DNA of 64,000 nt from contig DHGX01000001.1 of the NCBI GenBank assembly GCA_002402995.1, forward strand, positions 151,073 through 215,072, read 5' to 3'. The position numbers were made by a program, and so were the translations under genes. The notes under the pieces are model-generated. The model was not told where the DNA came from and did no database searches. It worked only from the letters and a program-made list of their open reading frames with translations. Shown one piece after another: positions 36,649-46,408 of the stretch (the first letter of the stretch is position 1; every line of letters starts with the position of its first letter). Origin of the DNA: Patescibacteria group bacterium UBA4787 (GTDB lineage: Bacteria; Patescibacteriota; Patescibacteriia; UBA2591; UBA4787).

Positions 36649-37668
36649 ATGTCAAAATCACAAGAAGATAATGATAAAATAACCGCTAATCGTTCGCAAG
36701 CTGCCGAAGAAGCAATTAATCAGATTAAAAGCCGTTTCGGCGAAGGATCGATTATGCGTTTGGGTGAAGCACAAAAAATTAACGTGGAAACTATTTCTAC
36801 GGGTTGTTTGTCTTTAGATCTGGCCTTGGGTGGCGGAGTGCCGCGAGGCAGGGTTATTGAAATTTTCGGTCCCGAAGCTTCGGGAAAAACTACCCTAGCT
36901 TTACATATCGTGTCCGAGGTCCAGAAAAAAGGCGGCGTAGCGGCCTTTGTGGATGCGGAGCATGCCTTAGATCCGGAATATGCCAAGAAGATCGGCGTAA
37001 AAGTTGACGATCTTTTAATTTCGCAGCCCGATACCGGTGAACAAGCTTTGGAAATAGTTGAGACTTTGGTTCGTTCTAATGGTGTTGATGTAATTGTGAT
37101 TGATTCAGTAGCGGCTTTGACCCCCAAAGCGGAAATCGAAGGAGAGATGGGAGATCAACATATGGGTCTTCAGGCTCGTCTTATGAGCCAGGCCTTAAGG
37201 AAATTGACCGGCATTGTTGGTAAAACTAAAACAACGGTTATCTTTATTAATCAGATTCGTTTGAAAATCGGCGTTTTCTTCGGCAACCCGGAGACCACTA
37301 CTGGCGGTATGGCTTTAAAATTTTATGCTTCAGTGAGAATTGAGGTGCGGCGCTCAGAACAAATTAAAAAAGGCGACGAGATAATGGGCAACATGGTTAA
37401 AGTCAAGATCGTTAAGAATAAAGTTGCTCCGCCGTTTAAAACTTGCACTTTTGATATTATGTATAATGAAGGCATTTCCGTGTCCGGCGATCTTTTAGAC
37501 GCAGGAGTTAACCGCGAGATTATAAAAAAATCGGGGAATACTTATGCTTTTGGCGAAACCAAACTTGGTGTCGGTCGGGACGCGGCTAAAGATTTTATTA
37601 AAACCAATCCTAAAATTCAAACAGAAATCAGAAAAGCTGTTTTAGAGAAAGTTAGTAAAACGGTATAG
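36649..37668 (+). CDS. recA: recombinase RecA
   Basis: [49 protein letters not shown]. Confidence 0.99.
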   Translation: MSKSQEDNDKITANRSQAAEEAINQIKSRFGEGSIMRLGEAQKINVETISTGCLSLDLALGGGVPRGRVIEIFGPEASGKTTLALHIVSEVQKKGGVAAFVDAEHALDPEYAKKIGVKVDDLLISQPDTGEQALEIVETLVRSNGVDVIVIDSVAALTPKAEIEGEMGDQHMGLQARLMSQALRKLTGIVGKTKTTVIFINQIRLKIGVFFGNPETTTGGMALKFYASVRIEVRRSEQIKKGDEIMGNMVKVKIVKNKVAPPFKTCTFDIMYNEGISVSGDLLDAGVNREIIKKSGNTYAFGETKLGVGRDAAKDFIKTNPKIQTEIRKAVLEKVSKTV

Positions 37669-37676
37669 TAAGTTAG

Positions 37677-37692
37677 TCCGCCAGCTGGCGGA
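37677..37692. repeat. REP-like perfect palindrome
   Basis: TCCGCCAGCTGGCGGA just after the recA stop. Confidence 0.8.
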
Positions 37693-37726
37693 TAGAATTT
37701 AGGATTTATAAATTAGAATTTTTATT

Positions 37727-38635
37727 ATGAATATTTTAATTACCGGCGGTGCTGGTTTTGTGGGCCGCAATCTTTTGCGTGTAATGCGAGAAACGGGCAT
37801 TGAGATGTCAAAATTGACAGTCATTGATAAAGTAGAAGCGAACAATCTTTGCCAAAAATACGGCGCCAAATTTATTCAGGCCGATTTAGCCGAAAAGGGT
37901 ATGTGGGAAGAAAGTCTTAAGGATCAGGATGTTTTAGTAATTTTACATGCTCAGATTTCTTCGCCTAATAGCGCTGATTTTTATCGCAACAACGTGGAGG
38001 CCACTATAAATGCGGTGAACGCCGCTAAAAAAATTGGCCATCCTAAAATTATTCATTTTAGCTCTGCAGCCGTGCTTTCATCCAGACAAGACGATTATGC
38101 TAAAACAAAAAAGATTTCAGAAGAGATTGTTGAAAACAGCGGCTTGCCGTACGTTATTATTCGGCCATCAATTATGTATGGGCCGACCGATGATAAAAAT
38201 ATTGCCTGGTTGATGAATTTTATAAAAAAAATACCGATTTTTCCGATTCCTGGCAGCGGCAAATATCCCAGGCAACCTGTGTATATTGACGATGTTTGTC
38301 TGATGGTGGTTGAGCTAATTAAAAATTTTCCAGAAAAAAATAAAATTTACGGCATTAATGGCAAAAAACAAGTTTTTTTTCGAGATATAGTGAAATCTGT
38401 GATTAAAGAAATAGGGGGTTTGCGTTTCGTTATTTATTTGCCGGTTCCTTTGTATCTTTTTTTAGTAAAGATTTATAATGTTTTATTTCATTCGCCTTTC
38501 ACGCCGGATCAAATTCAGTCTTTGATTAACGGCGATGTTTTTCCTGATTACCCGTGGTGGGACGAGTTTGGCATCAAGGCAACTCCTTTTTCCGAAGGAA
38601 TCAAGAAAACCGTTCAAGCCGAAAAACGGCAGTAA
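37727..38635 (+). CDS. NAD-dependent epimerase/dehydratase (extended SDR)
   Basis: ITGGAGFVG, YAKTK (YxxxK), IRPSIMYGP. Confidence 0.9.
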   Translation: MNILITGGAGFVGRNLLRVMRETGIEMSKLTVIDKVEANNLCQKYGAKFIQADLAEKGMWEESLKDQDVLVILHAQISSPNSADFYRNNVEATINAVNAAKKIGHPKIIHFSSAAVLSSRQDDYAKTKKISEEIVENSGLPYVIIRPSIMYGPTDDKNIAWLMNFIKKIPIFPIPGSGKYPRQPVYIDDVCLMVVELIKNFPEKNKIYGINGKKQVFFRDIVKSVIKEIGGLRFVIYLPVPLYLFLVKIYNVLFHSPFTPDQIQSLINGDVFPDYPWWDEFGIKATPFSEGIKKTVQAEKRQ

Positions 38636-38651
38636 TTAAAATTATATTATT

Positions 38652-38690
38652 TAAAAACACTCCGTCTTTCATCAGGTCGGAGTGTTTTTA
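38652..38690. terminator. bidirectional terminator
   Basis: TAAAAACACTCCG...CGGAGTGTTTTTA between convergent genes. Confidence 0.75.
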
Positions 38691-38714
38691 TTTTTTTCGG
38701 TTTTCGCGATGCGT

Positions 38715-38798
38715 GTTTTACGTTATAAGTTTTAAGTTCCAAGTTTTATGTTTTGACTTCTACTTTCCGCTTTCTATTTTCTACTTTCTTGTTTCTTG
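38715..38798 (-). repeat. degenerate heptamer tandem tract (12 units)
   Basis: CAAGAAA CAAGAAA GTAGAAA ATAGAAA GCGGAAA GTAGAAG TCAAAAC ATAAAAC TTGGAAC TTAAAAC TTATAAC GTAAAAC. Confidence 0.75.
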
Positions 38799-39610
38799 AT
38801 GTATTCCGTCAAAAAAGCGTAAAATAAGCCAACGAATAAGCCTATAATGGTGCCCCCAATAAAAATAAGAGGTTTATTGGGCTTAATGGGTATTATTGGC
38901 TCGAGGGTTGGCGAAGCAATAATAGTTTCTTTAGAGCCATAAGATAGTTCTCTCTTTTTGTTTAATAAAGATTGTTGAAAGATGCGTAAATTATTTTCTT
39001 CGACGCTCAGAGCATTTATATAGCTCTGGGCTAATAATCCTTCTGCCTCGGTTTTTGGATATTTTAATCGGCTTATTTCTTTTTGCAGTTCCACTGTCCG
39101 ATTTTCAGAAACTTTAACATTGTCTTCTATGTCTTTAATTTCTTGGTTAATCAATTTTTTTTCGCCAATTAATATTTCTTGATGTCGTTGAAGAACTAAA
39201 TCGGCCGTAACTTCAACAATTTCCTTGGCTCTCGCCGGCTGATTGTCTTTAGCGGAAATTTGTAAAAATTTTTCCGTCTGTTTATTCGCAATTATTCGTT
39301 TTAATGCTGGCCACGATTTCTCCGGCATATTTAGTTGTTGAGTCAATTTCCGTAAAACAGCCGGCTGTTCTAAAAATCCAATCACATCTTTGGGGGTTTC
39401 TAAATAAACACCCTTAATTTTGCCAATTTCCAATAAAGTAGTAGCTTGATAAACTTTTGGTAAAGAAAATCCGATAATAAGAGAAATTATTATTGCCAAT
39501 ATTACGACAGAAGAAATTGCTTTTTTTCTTTTCCATACAATACGAGCATAAGCACCTAGGTCAATTTCTAATTCCTCTTCATAGCAAGGATTGTTTTTTT
39601 GGTTTTCCAT
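38774..39610 (-). CDS. wzz: Wzz-type polysaccharide chain-length determinant
   Basis: EIDLGAYARIVWKRK, TM1, PKVYQA, coiled coil, proline-rich PIKPNK before TM2. Confidence 0.85.
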   Translation of the reverse strand: MENQKNNPCYEEELEIDLGAYARIVWKRKKAISSVVILAIIISLIIGFSLPKVYQATTLLEIGKIKGVYLETPKDVIGFLEQPAVLRKLTQQLNMPEKSWPALKRIIANKQTEKFLQISAKDNQPARAKEIVEVTADLVLQRHQEILIGEKKLINQEIKDIEDNVKVSENRTVELQKEISRLKYPKTEAEGLLAQSYINALSVEENNLRIFQQSLLNKKRELSYGSKETIIASPTLEPIIPIKPNKPLIFIGGTIIGLFVGLFYAFLTEYIKKQESRK

Positions 39611-39789
39611 GGTTAAATATTAAATAATATTTTAATTAAAAAGGCAGATTTATCTTATCTTATTTTATTTTACCAGTCAAATTTTTGTTATAGTGTTGCC
39701 AAGTGAGATATTGGTGTTAATATATATTAGACTCAGTCGGCCATGATGGCTCCAAAGTTAATATAAATTTAAGAAAAGAATATAAATTT

Positions 39790-40629
39790 ATGAATAAATT
39801 TGCGATTATCGGCACGGGCTTTATAATGCCCCGTCACGCGGAAGCGATTGATTTTATTAAGGGAAAAATTTTAGAAATCATTAATACTTCCGAAGGAGTG
39901 AATAATTGGAAAAAAATAATAAAAAACACGAAAGCAGATTATATTATTATTTTAACCCCAAACGACCTTCATTCTCCTATAAGTCTGGCGGCGCTTAAGC
40001 GCGGCAAGACGGTCTTATGCGAAAAGCCCCTCTGTCTTAACACCAAAGACGTTAAAATATTGGCTGAGTATAAAAATATTTTTACGGTTGTTCAGTTGAG
40101 GCATCATCTTTTAACGAAGAAATTAAAAAAAGAAATCAATTCTAGGAAATTTTATCAAATAGAAATGGATATCGCGGTACACCGAGATCCAAAATATTAT
40201 AAGTGTTGGAAGGGCCAAGAGAAGAGGTCGGGTGGAATTTTATTTAACCTTGGAATACATTATTTTGATATTTTAATCCATCTTTTCGGTGAACCGGAAG
40301 AGATATTAAATTCGAAATATAATAAAAAAGAAGCCTCAGGTATTTTAAAGGGCAAGAATTATGTTTGTCGTTGGCGTTTAACTACCGACGAACCTCATAA
40401 GACCCAACGTAGAGTTTTTAAGATCAATGGAGTCGGTTATAATTTTTCTTCGCAAGATAATTTATCGCACGAGAACCTGCATCGTTTTATTTATCAGGAT
40501 TTAATTCATAAAAAAGGAACAACTCCGCAAGAAGCCTTGAAGTCAATTGGCTTGATCGAAAATATTTATTATCAAGCCAACAAGAAAAAATATTCTAAAA
40601 ACAAAGATAGGGTTAAACGAACAAAATAA
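39790..40629 (+). CDS. Gfo/Idh/MocA oxidoreductase, WbpB-like sugar 3-dehydrogenase
   Basis: AIIGTGFIMPRH, TPNDLH, CEKPL, WKGQEKRSGGILFNLGIHYFD. Confidence 0.85.
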   Translation: MNKFAIIGTGFIMPRHAEAIDFIKGKILEIINTSEGVNNWKKIIKNTKADYIIILTPNDLHSPISLAALKRGKTVLCEKPLCLNTKDVKILAEYKNIFTVVQLRHHLLTKKLKKEINSRKFYQIEMDIAVHRDPKYYKCWKGQEKRSGGILFNLGIHYFDILIHLFGEPEEILNSKYNKKEASGILKGKNYVCRWRLTTDEPHKTQRRVFKINGVGYNFSSQDNLSHENLHRFIYQDLIHKKGTTPQEALKSIGLIENIYYQANKKKYSKNKDRVKRTK

Positions 40630-41816
40630 TGGAATTTTTAGATTTGAATAGACAGTATAGAATAATTAAGAAAGAGGTTAATCAAGCTATTCAGAAGGTT
40701 TTAGATAGCGGTCATTTTATTTTAGGCCCGGAAGTAGAAGAGTTAGAAGGGCAAATTGCTAAATATTGCGGTGTTAAATATGGGGTTGGTGTTAATTCCG
40801 GAACAGACGCCTTGTTATTATCCTTGATGGCTTTAGGTATAGGCAAGGGAGACGAGGTAATTACTACGCCATTTACTTTTATGGCTACGGCAGAAACCAT
40901 AGTTATGTGCGGCGCTCGGCCTATTTTTGTGGACATTGATTCAGCAACTTTTAATATTGATGTTGATAAAATTGAAGAAGTAATCACTAAAAAGACAAAA
41001 GCAATTATTCCTGTTCATCTCTATGGCCAACCAGCCGAAATGGACAAAATGATAAGAATCGCACGAAAATACAAATTGAGAATAATTGAAGATTGTGCTC
41101 AGGCTATCGGCGCTAAATATAAAAATAAAAAAGTCGGTTCAATGGGTGATCTGGGCTGTTTTTCCTTTTTCCCTTCTAAAAATTTAGGTGCTTGTGGTGA
41201 TGGCGGGATGGTGGCGACAAACAATAAAAAATTAGCCGAAAAAATCAGAATGTTGCGCGCCCATGGTTCAAGAAAAAAATATTATCACGAAATTATTGGT
41301 ACTAATAGTCGACTGAGCACCATTCAGGCAGCTATTCTATTGGTCAAATTAAAATATTTAGACGAATGGACTAAGGTTCGACAAAAAATAGCCAGGCATT
41401 ATAGTCGCTCGTTTGGTAAATTTATTAATCTAAGGGCTCCTTTTGTTGCGTCTAATCGCACCCATGTTTTTCATCAATACACCATAAGAGTAAATAAACA
41501 AAAAAGGGACAAGCTGATAGATTATTTAAAACAACAGGACATTCCGACTGCGATTTATTATCTCTTGCCGCTCCACTTACAACCATCTATGAAATTTTTG
41601 GGTTACAAAAAAGGCGATTTTCCCGTAGCCGAAAAGGCGGCCCGAGAAGTTTTGTCTTTACCGATCTATCCAGAATTAAATATTAATAAAGAACAAAATA
41701 GGATTATCAATACCATTAATAAGTTTATTATCAAGCAAGCGAGAGAAATGAAAAACAAAGTTTTTCATTTCCGAGCGGGCGCAGACAACACAGGGTTAAC
41801 ACCATTTATTAATTAG
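40629..41816 (+). CDS. DegT/DnrJ aminotransferase, WbpE-like; C-terminus extended by an inserted element
   Basis: NSGTDAL, PVHLYGQ, EDCAQA, SFFPSKNLGACGDGG, LSLPIYPEL. Confidence 0.93.
   Translation: MEFLDLNRQYRIIKKEVNQAIQKVLDSGHFILGPEVEELEGQIAKYCGVKYGVGVNSGTDALLLSLMALGIGKGDEVITTPFTFMATAETIVMCGARPIFVDIDSATFNIDVDKIEEVITKKTKAIIPVHLYGQPAEMDKMIRIARKYKLRIIEDCAQAIGAKYKNKKVGSMGDLGCFSFFPSKNLGACGDGGMVATNNKKLAEKIRMLRAHGSRKKYYHEIIGTNSRLSTIQAAILLVKLKYLDEWTKVRQKIARHYSRSFGKFINLRAPFVASNRTHVFHQYTIRVNKQKRDKLIDYLKQQDIPTAIYYLLPLHLQPSMKFLGYKKGDFPVAEKAAREVLSLPIYPELNINKEQNRIINTINKFIIKQAREMKNKVFHFRAGADNTGLTPFIN
41730..41804 (+). repeat. TTTATT-family mini element, copy D (in-frame in the DegT gene)
   Basis: 75 nt flanked by TTTATT at 41724-41729 and 41805-41810; 81 nt added in total. 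Confidence 0.88.
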
Positions 41817-41836
41817 GATTTCATAAACTCATTTTT

Positions 41837-42577
41837 ATGTTTTCTGACCAAGCAAAAATTGATTATCGGTCTTATTATCAAAATAATCAGGTGAGTGTAG
41901 ACGACACAACCAGAGTTGGTCTGATGAAGCATATTTTAAGAATAATAAATTTTAAAAAATTAAAAAATAAGAATATTCTAGAGGTCGGTTTCGGTTCAGG
42001 ATTATTACTAAAAATGTTATCAAGAAGCTGTAATGAAATTACAGGGATTGATATCTCTAAAAAAAATATTGACGAACTGACGACGGTCTTAGTTAAGGAA
42101 AATTTGAGCCCCAAGTTGGTTCAAGGAGATATTTTAAACTTGCCTTTACTTGACGATATTTTCGACATTATTATTTGCGCCGAAGTATTAGAACATGTAA
42201 CAAATGTTAATAAAGCTATTCAAGAGTTAAAAAGAGTCACTAGGCCGGGTGGCATTATGGTTATATCTGTACCCAATGAAGAAATAATCAAATATGAATT
42301 TTGTGTTCATTGTCGCAACTTAACACCTCGGAATGGCCATCTAAATTCATTTAATAGAGAGGAATTTTCTAGTTTGTTGAACAGTTTGGGATTAAAAATC
42401 GAAAAAACAAAAATAATTTCTTCAAAGATTTATGCACTTTCATTCCTAAAGATTTTTTATTTTACGCCATTTTCTGTTATTATTGATATAATAGATCGAC
42501 TAATCTCCCGATATTTTCATATTTTCCCCCCATTATTAATTATTAAGATTCGCAAACCAGATTTTATCCAAGATTAA
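41837..42577 (+). CDS. class I SAM-dependent methyltransferase
   Basis: ILEVGFGSG, FDIIICAEVLEHV, ISVPN. Confidence 0.88.
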   Translation: MFSDQAKIDYRSYYQNNQVSVDDTTRVGLMKHILRIINFKKLKNKNILEVGFGSGLLLKMLSRSCNEITGIDISKKNIDELTTVLVKENLSPKLVQGDILNLPLLDDIFDIIICAEVLEHVTNVNKAIQELKRVTRPGGIMVISVPNEEIIKYEFCVHCRNLTPRNGHLNSFNREEFSSLLNSLGLKIEKTKIISSKIYALSFLKIFYFTPFSVIIDIIDRLISRYFHIFPPLLIIKIRKPDFIQD

Positions 42578-42584
42578 ATTTTTC

Positions 42585-43685
42585 GTGCTTATGAAAAATA
42601 AAAAAATAAAAATAATTATTATCGTTGGCGCCCGGCCTAATTTTATTAAAATTGCCCCTCTTTTTAAATATTTTAAAAAATATTCTAAAAGGGTCATGCC
42701 GATTATAGTTCATACTGGCCAACACTATGATAATTTAATGTCGCGCGTTTTTTTCAAGGAGCTAAATATACCAAAACCAAAGTATGATTTGGGGGTTGGT
42801 TCTGGCCTCCATGGACAGCAGACGGGAAAAATATTAATAAAACTTGAAGGAGTATATTTAAAAGAAAATCCAGATTTGGTCGTAGTAGTCGGCGACGTGA
42901 ACTCAACTTTGGCTGGTGCTCTGGCGGCTGTTAAGATTCATATCCCCGTCGCTCACATTGAAGCAGGCGTTAGAAGTTATGATAAATCAATGCCTGAAGA
43001 AATTAATCGCATTGTTACTGATCGGGTGGCTGACATTTTATTGTGTCCAACACAAAACGCGGTCAGAAATTTAAAAAAAGAGGCTATTACAAAAGGTGTT
43101 TTTAATGTCGGCGATCTAAATTACGATTCATTTTTGAATAAACTACGGACGGCTCATCAAAAATCAAAAATTCTGAATGAATTAAGATTAGCGCCAAAGA
43201 AATATTATCTGCTGACCATTCATCGACCAGCCAACGTGGACAATCTGGATAATTTCAAAAATATTATCAAGACTATCGTTGATAGCCGAACGAACGTAGT
43301 GTTTCCCGTCCACCCGAGGACGAAGAAACAGCTGGAAAAGCTTAAGATTAAAGAATTTAAAAATTTAAAATTGATCGACCCAGTTGGTTATTTAGATATG
43401 TTAATTTTAGAAGAGAGCGCCTTAAAAATTATTACGGATTCCGGTGGAGTTCAAAAAGAAGCATATTTTTTAAAAACTCCATGCATTACTCTGAGGGATT
43501 GCACAGAGTGGACGGAAACAATGATCGGCGGATGGAATATTTTAGTCTGCCGCAACAATATACCCAAATTGCAGAAAATAATAAAAAGTCCTTGCCGTCC
43601 TAAAAAATATCAACGTTTTTTTGGAGACGGCCGAGCCGCAGAAAAAATTGTGAAGATTTTATCCAATTCGCGGAGATTTAGTTAA
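42585..43685 (+). CDS. wecB: non-hydrolysing UDP-N-acetylglucosamine 2-epimerase (WecB/WbpI-like)
   Basis: VGARPNFIK, HTGQHYD, GDVNST, HIEAGVRS, MPEEINR, TDSGGVQKEA. Confidence 0.93.
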   Translation: MLMKNKKIKIIIIVGARPNFIKIAPLFKYFKKYSKRVMPIIVHTGQHYDNLMSRVFFKELNIPKPKYDLGVGSGLHGQQTGKILIKLEGVYLKENPDLVVVVGDVNSTLAGALAAVKIHIPVAHIEAGVRSYDKSMPEEINRIVTDRVADILLCPTQNAVRNLKKEAITKGVFNVGDLNYDSFLNKLRTAHQKSKILNELRLAPKKYYLLTIHRPANVDNLDNFKNIIKTIVDSRTNVVFPVHPRTKKQLEKLKIKEFKNLKLIDPVGYLDMLILEESALKIITDSGGVQKEAYFLKTPCITLRDCTEWTETMIGGWNILVCRNNIPKLQKIIKSPCRPKKYQRFFGDGRAAEKIVKILSNSRRFS

Positions 43686-43717
43686 CAATACAAATCACGC
43701 CAACCCTAATTTTTAAA

Positions 43718-45049
43718 ATGACAAAAATTAAAATAAAAAAAGATACACTGCTGATTTTTTTGTCAATTATTTTTTATAAAATAATTCTTGACATATCTTA
43801 TTATTTTGTGGTTTCTCGGGCTTGGGACTATGCTGGATACGGCATTCAGGCCCTTTGGGACTACGTGGGTTATAATTTTATATTTAACAATGTAAAAATT
43901 TTTGAATCATATTTTCTCCTTTTAATTGTTTTGATATTTGTTCCTAAATCATCAAAAAAGCTTTCTAATATTATAACTTGGTTATTAGTATTGTTCGCCT
44001 ATATCCCCATGCTTACAATCTATGCCATGAAAGACGGCGCTAGATTATATATTTTGGCCATAACCTGTTTTTGGCTTATAGTTTTCCTTTTATTAAAATT
44101 TTTGCCGAACATCCACTTGCCATTCTTAAAAAAAACTCAAGCCAAGACAATTCATTATGCTATTTTTATTATTTTTAGTGGAATGGCGATCATCTCAATT
44201 TTAAAATATTTTGGTCTTGTTTTTAATTTAAACCTTAAGACGATATACGAAACCAGGACATTATTCTATGCCAATCTTCGTGGTCCTGCTATAGAATATT
44301 TGTTTAATTGGCTGGCCCTCGTTGTTAATCCTGTTTTTTTATTTATCTTTTTCAAAAAGAAAAAATGGCTTTTGTCTGTTTTGTCGCTAGCTATTCAGAT
44401 TCTTATTTTTTCTGCTACCGGCAATAAAATTTATCTTTTTGCTATACCTTATATAGTGTTTGTCGCTTTGTTGGTTAACCGTAGGCGTCCATTTGTTTGT
44501 GCTTCTTTAGTTCTTTCAATTGTTGTAGGGGTGGGGATATTGTCTTATTTTTTATTGGGAGATGTTTGGTTAACTGCTCTTTTTACTCACAGGACTTTAT
44601 TTACCCCAGCTCTGCTTTCTTTTCATTATTATGATTTTTTTTCACAAAACAATTTTATCTATTTATCATCGCAAAGAATTTTTAGAAATTTTATTAATTA
44701 TCCATACGATCTTGACCCGCCACATCTCATTAGCACGACGTATTTTAATCGTCCGCAAATGAGCTCTAATAACGGCATATTCGCCGATGCTTATATGAAT
44801 TTCGGTTTTTGGGGCTTAATTATTTGGGCTATTCTTTTGGCGATATTCTTGAAAGCAATAGATTCTTTTTCTAGGAATAAAGATAAACAGATTTGTTTAG
44901 TTGCTATAGGAATTTCCGTTATGCTTTTTACGAACATGCCGTTCTTAACATCGCTGATAACGGGGGGATTATTGTTGGGTTTGATCATCTTATATTTATT
45001 GCCACCATTAAATAACCAATCAACCAATATCCGACAACCGTATAATTGA
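43718..45049 (+). CDS. Wzy-like polysaccharide polymerase
   Basis: Many TMs; NNGIFADAYMNFGFWG motif; located in a cluster with wzz. Confidence 0.7.
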   Translation: MTKIKIKKDTLLIFLSIIFYKIILDISYYFVVSRAWDYAGYGIQALWDYVGYNFIFNNVKIFESYFLLLIVLIFVPKSSKKLSNIITWLLVLFAYIPMLTIYAMKDGARLYILAITCFWLIVFLLLKFLPNIHLPFLKKTQAKTIHYAIFIIFSGMAIISILKYFGLVFNLNLKTIYETRTLFYANLRGPAIEYLFNWLALVVNPVFLFIFFKKKKWLLSVLSLAIQILIFSATGNKIYLFAIPYIVFVALLVNRRRPFVCASLVLSIVVGVGILSYFLLGDVWLTALFTHRTLFTPALLSFHYYDFFSQNNFIYLSSQRIFRNFINYPYDLDPPHLISTTYFNRPQMSSNNGIFADAYMNFGFWGLIIWAILLAIFLKAIDSFSRNKDKQICLVAIGISVMLFTNMPFLTSLITGGLLLGLIILYLLPPLNNQSTNIRQPYN

Positions 45050-45058
45050 TAAAATGAA

Positions 45059-46393
45059 ATGTTACATAAAATAATTTTTAAAACAGTTTATTTATTGAAT
45101 AGGCCAGGACTAATTGGCTATTTCAATAAATTTCAAAAAACACAGTGGCTGGATTTACAGCAATTGCAAGCCGAACAAAATCGACAGCTACGCAAATTGG
45201 TTAATTTTGCTTATCAATCCGTTCCTTATTATACTAAATTATTTAGCCAACTTAATATTCGGCCAAGCGATATAGACGCAATTAAGGATTTGGAGAAACT
45301 TCCGATTTTGACTAAAAAAATTATTAGAGAGCATTGGGAAGACCTGACACCCATTAATATCAAGGAAATGAATTATCTTAACAGTACAACAGGTGGCTCG
45401 ACTGGCGTGCCTTGTAGATATAGAATGTCGCACGAAGATTATAAAAAGGGGGTAGCCTTGATGTATCGCGGTTGGACTTATGCTGGTTATAACTTGGGTG
45501 ATAAGGTGGCAACCATCGCTGGATCATCACTTATCCCTACAATCGGTTCTAGTTTAAAAAATAAAATTCAGGAATTCGGTCTGAATATTAGAAATTATTC
45601 TTCGTATGAAATGAGCGATAAAAATCTTTTTAAATATTTTTGTGAAATTAATAAGTGGCGCCCGGATTTTATCCGAGGATACGCCTCCTCGGTTTATTTA
45701 TTCGCTCGATTTTTAAAATCTCATAACTTAAAATTGACAGTCCGGCCAAGAGCAGTTTTTACTACTGCCGAAAAGTTGTTTGCTGCGCAGCGCGCGCTGA
45801 CAGAAGAAGTCTTTGACACAAAAGTTTTTGATACTTATGGCTTAAATGACGGAGGAGTCTCGGCTTTTGAGTGCGAAAAACATAATGGCATGCATATTGA
45901 TGCGGAAAGGGCTATTCTAGAAACTGTGGACGAGAAAAATAAATCAATTACCGGGCAAACAGGGAAAATATTGGCCACTGATTTATATAATTACGCAATG
46001 CCATTTATACGTTACGATACAGAAGATTTGGGTATTATTTCTGACACGCCATGTTCTTGCGGACGAAAGACTTTTTTGTTAAAAGAAATAACCGGCCGGA
46101 TAACCGATTATTTAAATTTAAATAATATTATTATCGGCAGTCCGGTATTGACCGTGTTGATGGGTAAATTCGACATTGAACAATATCAAATTATTCAAAA
46201 TACCCCTTCTTCAATTGTTTGTAAAATAATAAAAGGCAAAGGTTATAACGAGGCAAGAGACGAAGATCTTATCCGCAAATCTTTTTATGTTCACGTTGGA
46301 GAGATTGGCATTAAGTTTGTTTATGCTGAATTTATCCCGGTCGAAGGGATTAGAAAATATAAATTTATTATTAATAATGTAAATACTATTTAA
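45059..46393 (+). CDS. CapK/phenylacetate-CoA ligase-like adenylating enzyme
   Basis: LEKLPILTK, TTGGSTGVP, DTYG, AMPFIRYDTEDLG, CSCGR..ITGR. Confidence 0.88.
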   Translation: MLHKIIFKTVYLLNRPGLIGYFNKFQKTQWLDLQQLQAEQNRQLRKLVNFAYQSVPYYTKLFSQLNIRPSDIDAIKDLEKLPILTKKIIREHWEDLTPINIKEMNYLNSTTGGSTGVPCRYRMSHEDYKKGVALMYRGWTYAGYNLGDKVATIAGSSLIPTIGSSLKNKIQEFGLNIRNYSSYEMSDKNLFKYFCEINKWRPDFIRGYASSVYLFARFLKSHNLKLTVRPRAVFTTAEKLFAAQRALTEEVFDTKVFDTYGLNDGGVSAFECEKHNGMHIDAERAILETVDEKNKSITGQTGKILATDLYNYAMPFIRYDTEDLGIISDTPCSCGRKTFLLKEITGRITDYLNLNNIIIGSPVLTVLMGKFDIEQYQIIQNTPSSIVCKIIKGKGYNEARDEDLIRKSFYVHVGEIGIKFVYAEFIPVEGIRKYKFIINNVNTI

Positions 46394-46408
46394 CAACAAC
46401 AAAATTAT

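Noticed and set aside
13054-37668. Inteins or introns in gyrA, rpoB, rpoC or recA
   Set aside because: Lengths and motif spacing look normal; no splice-junction motifs or frame breaks.
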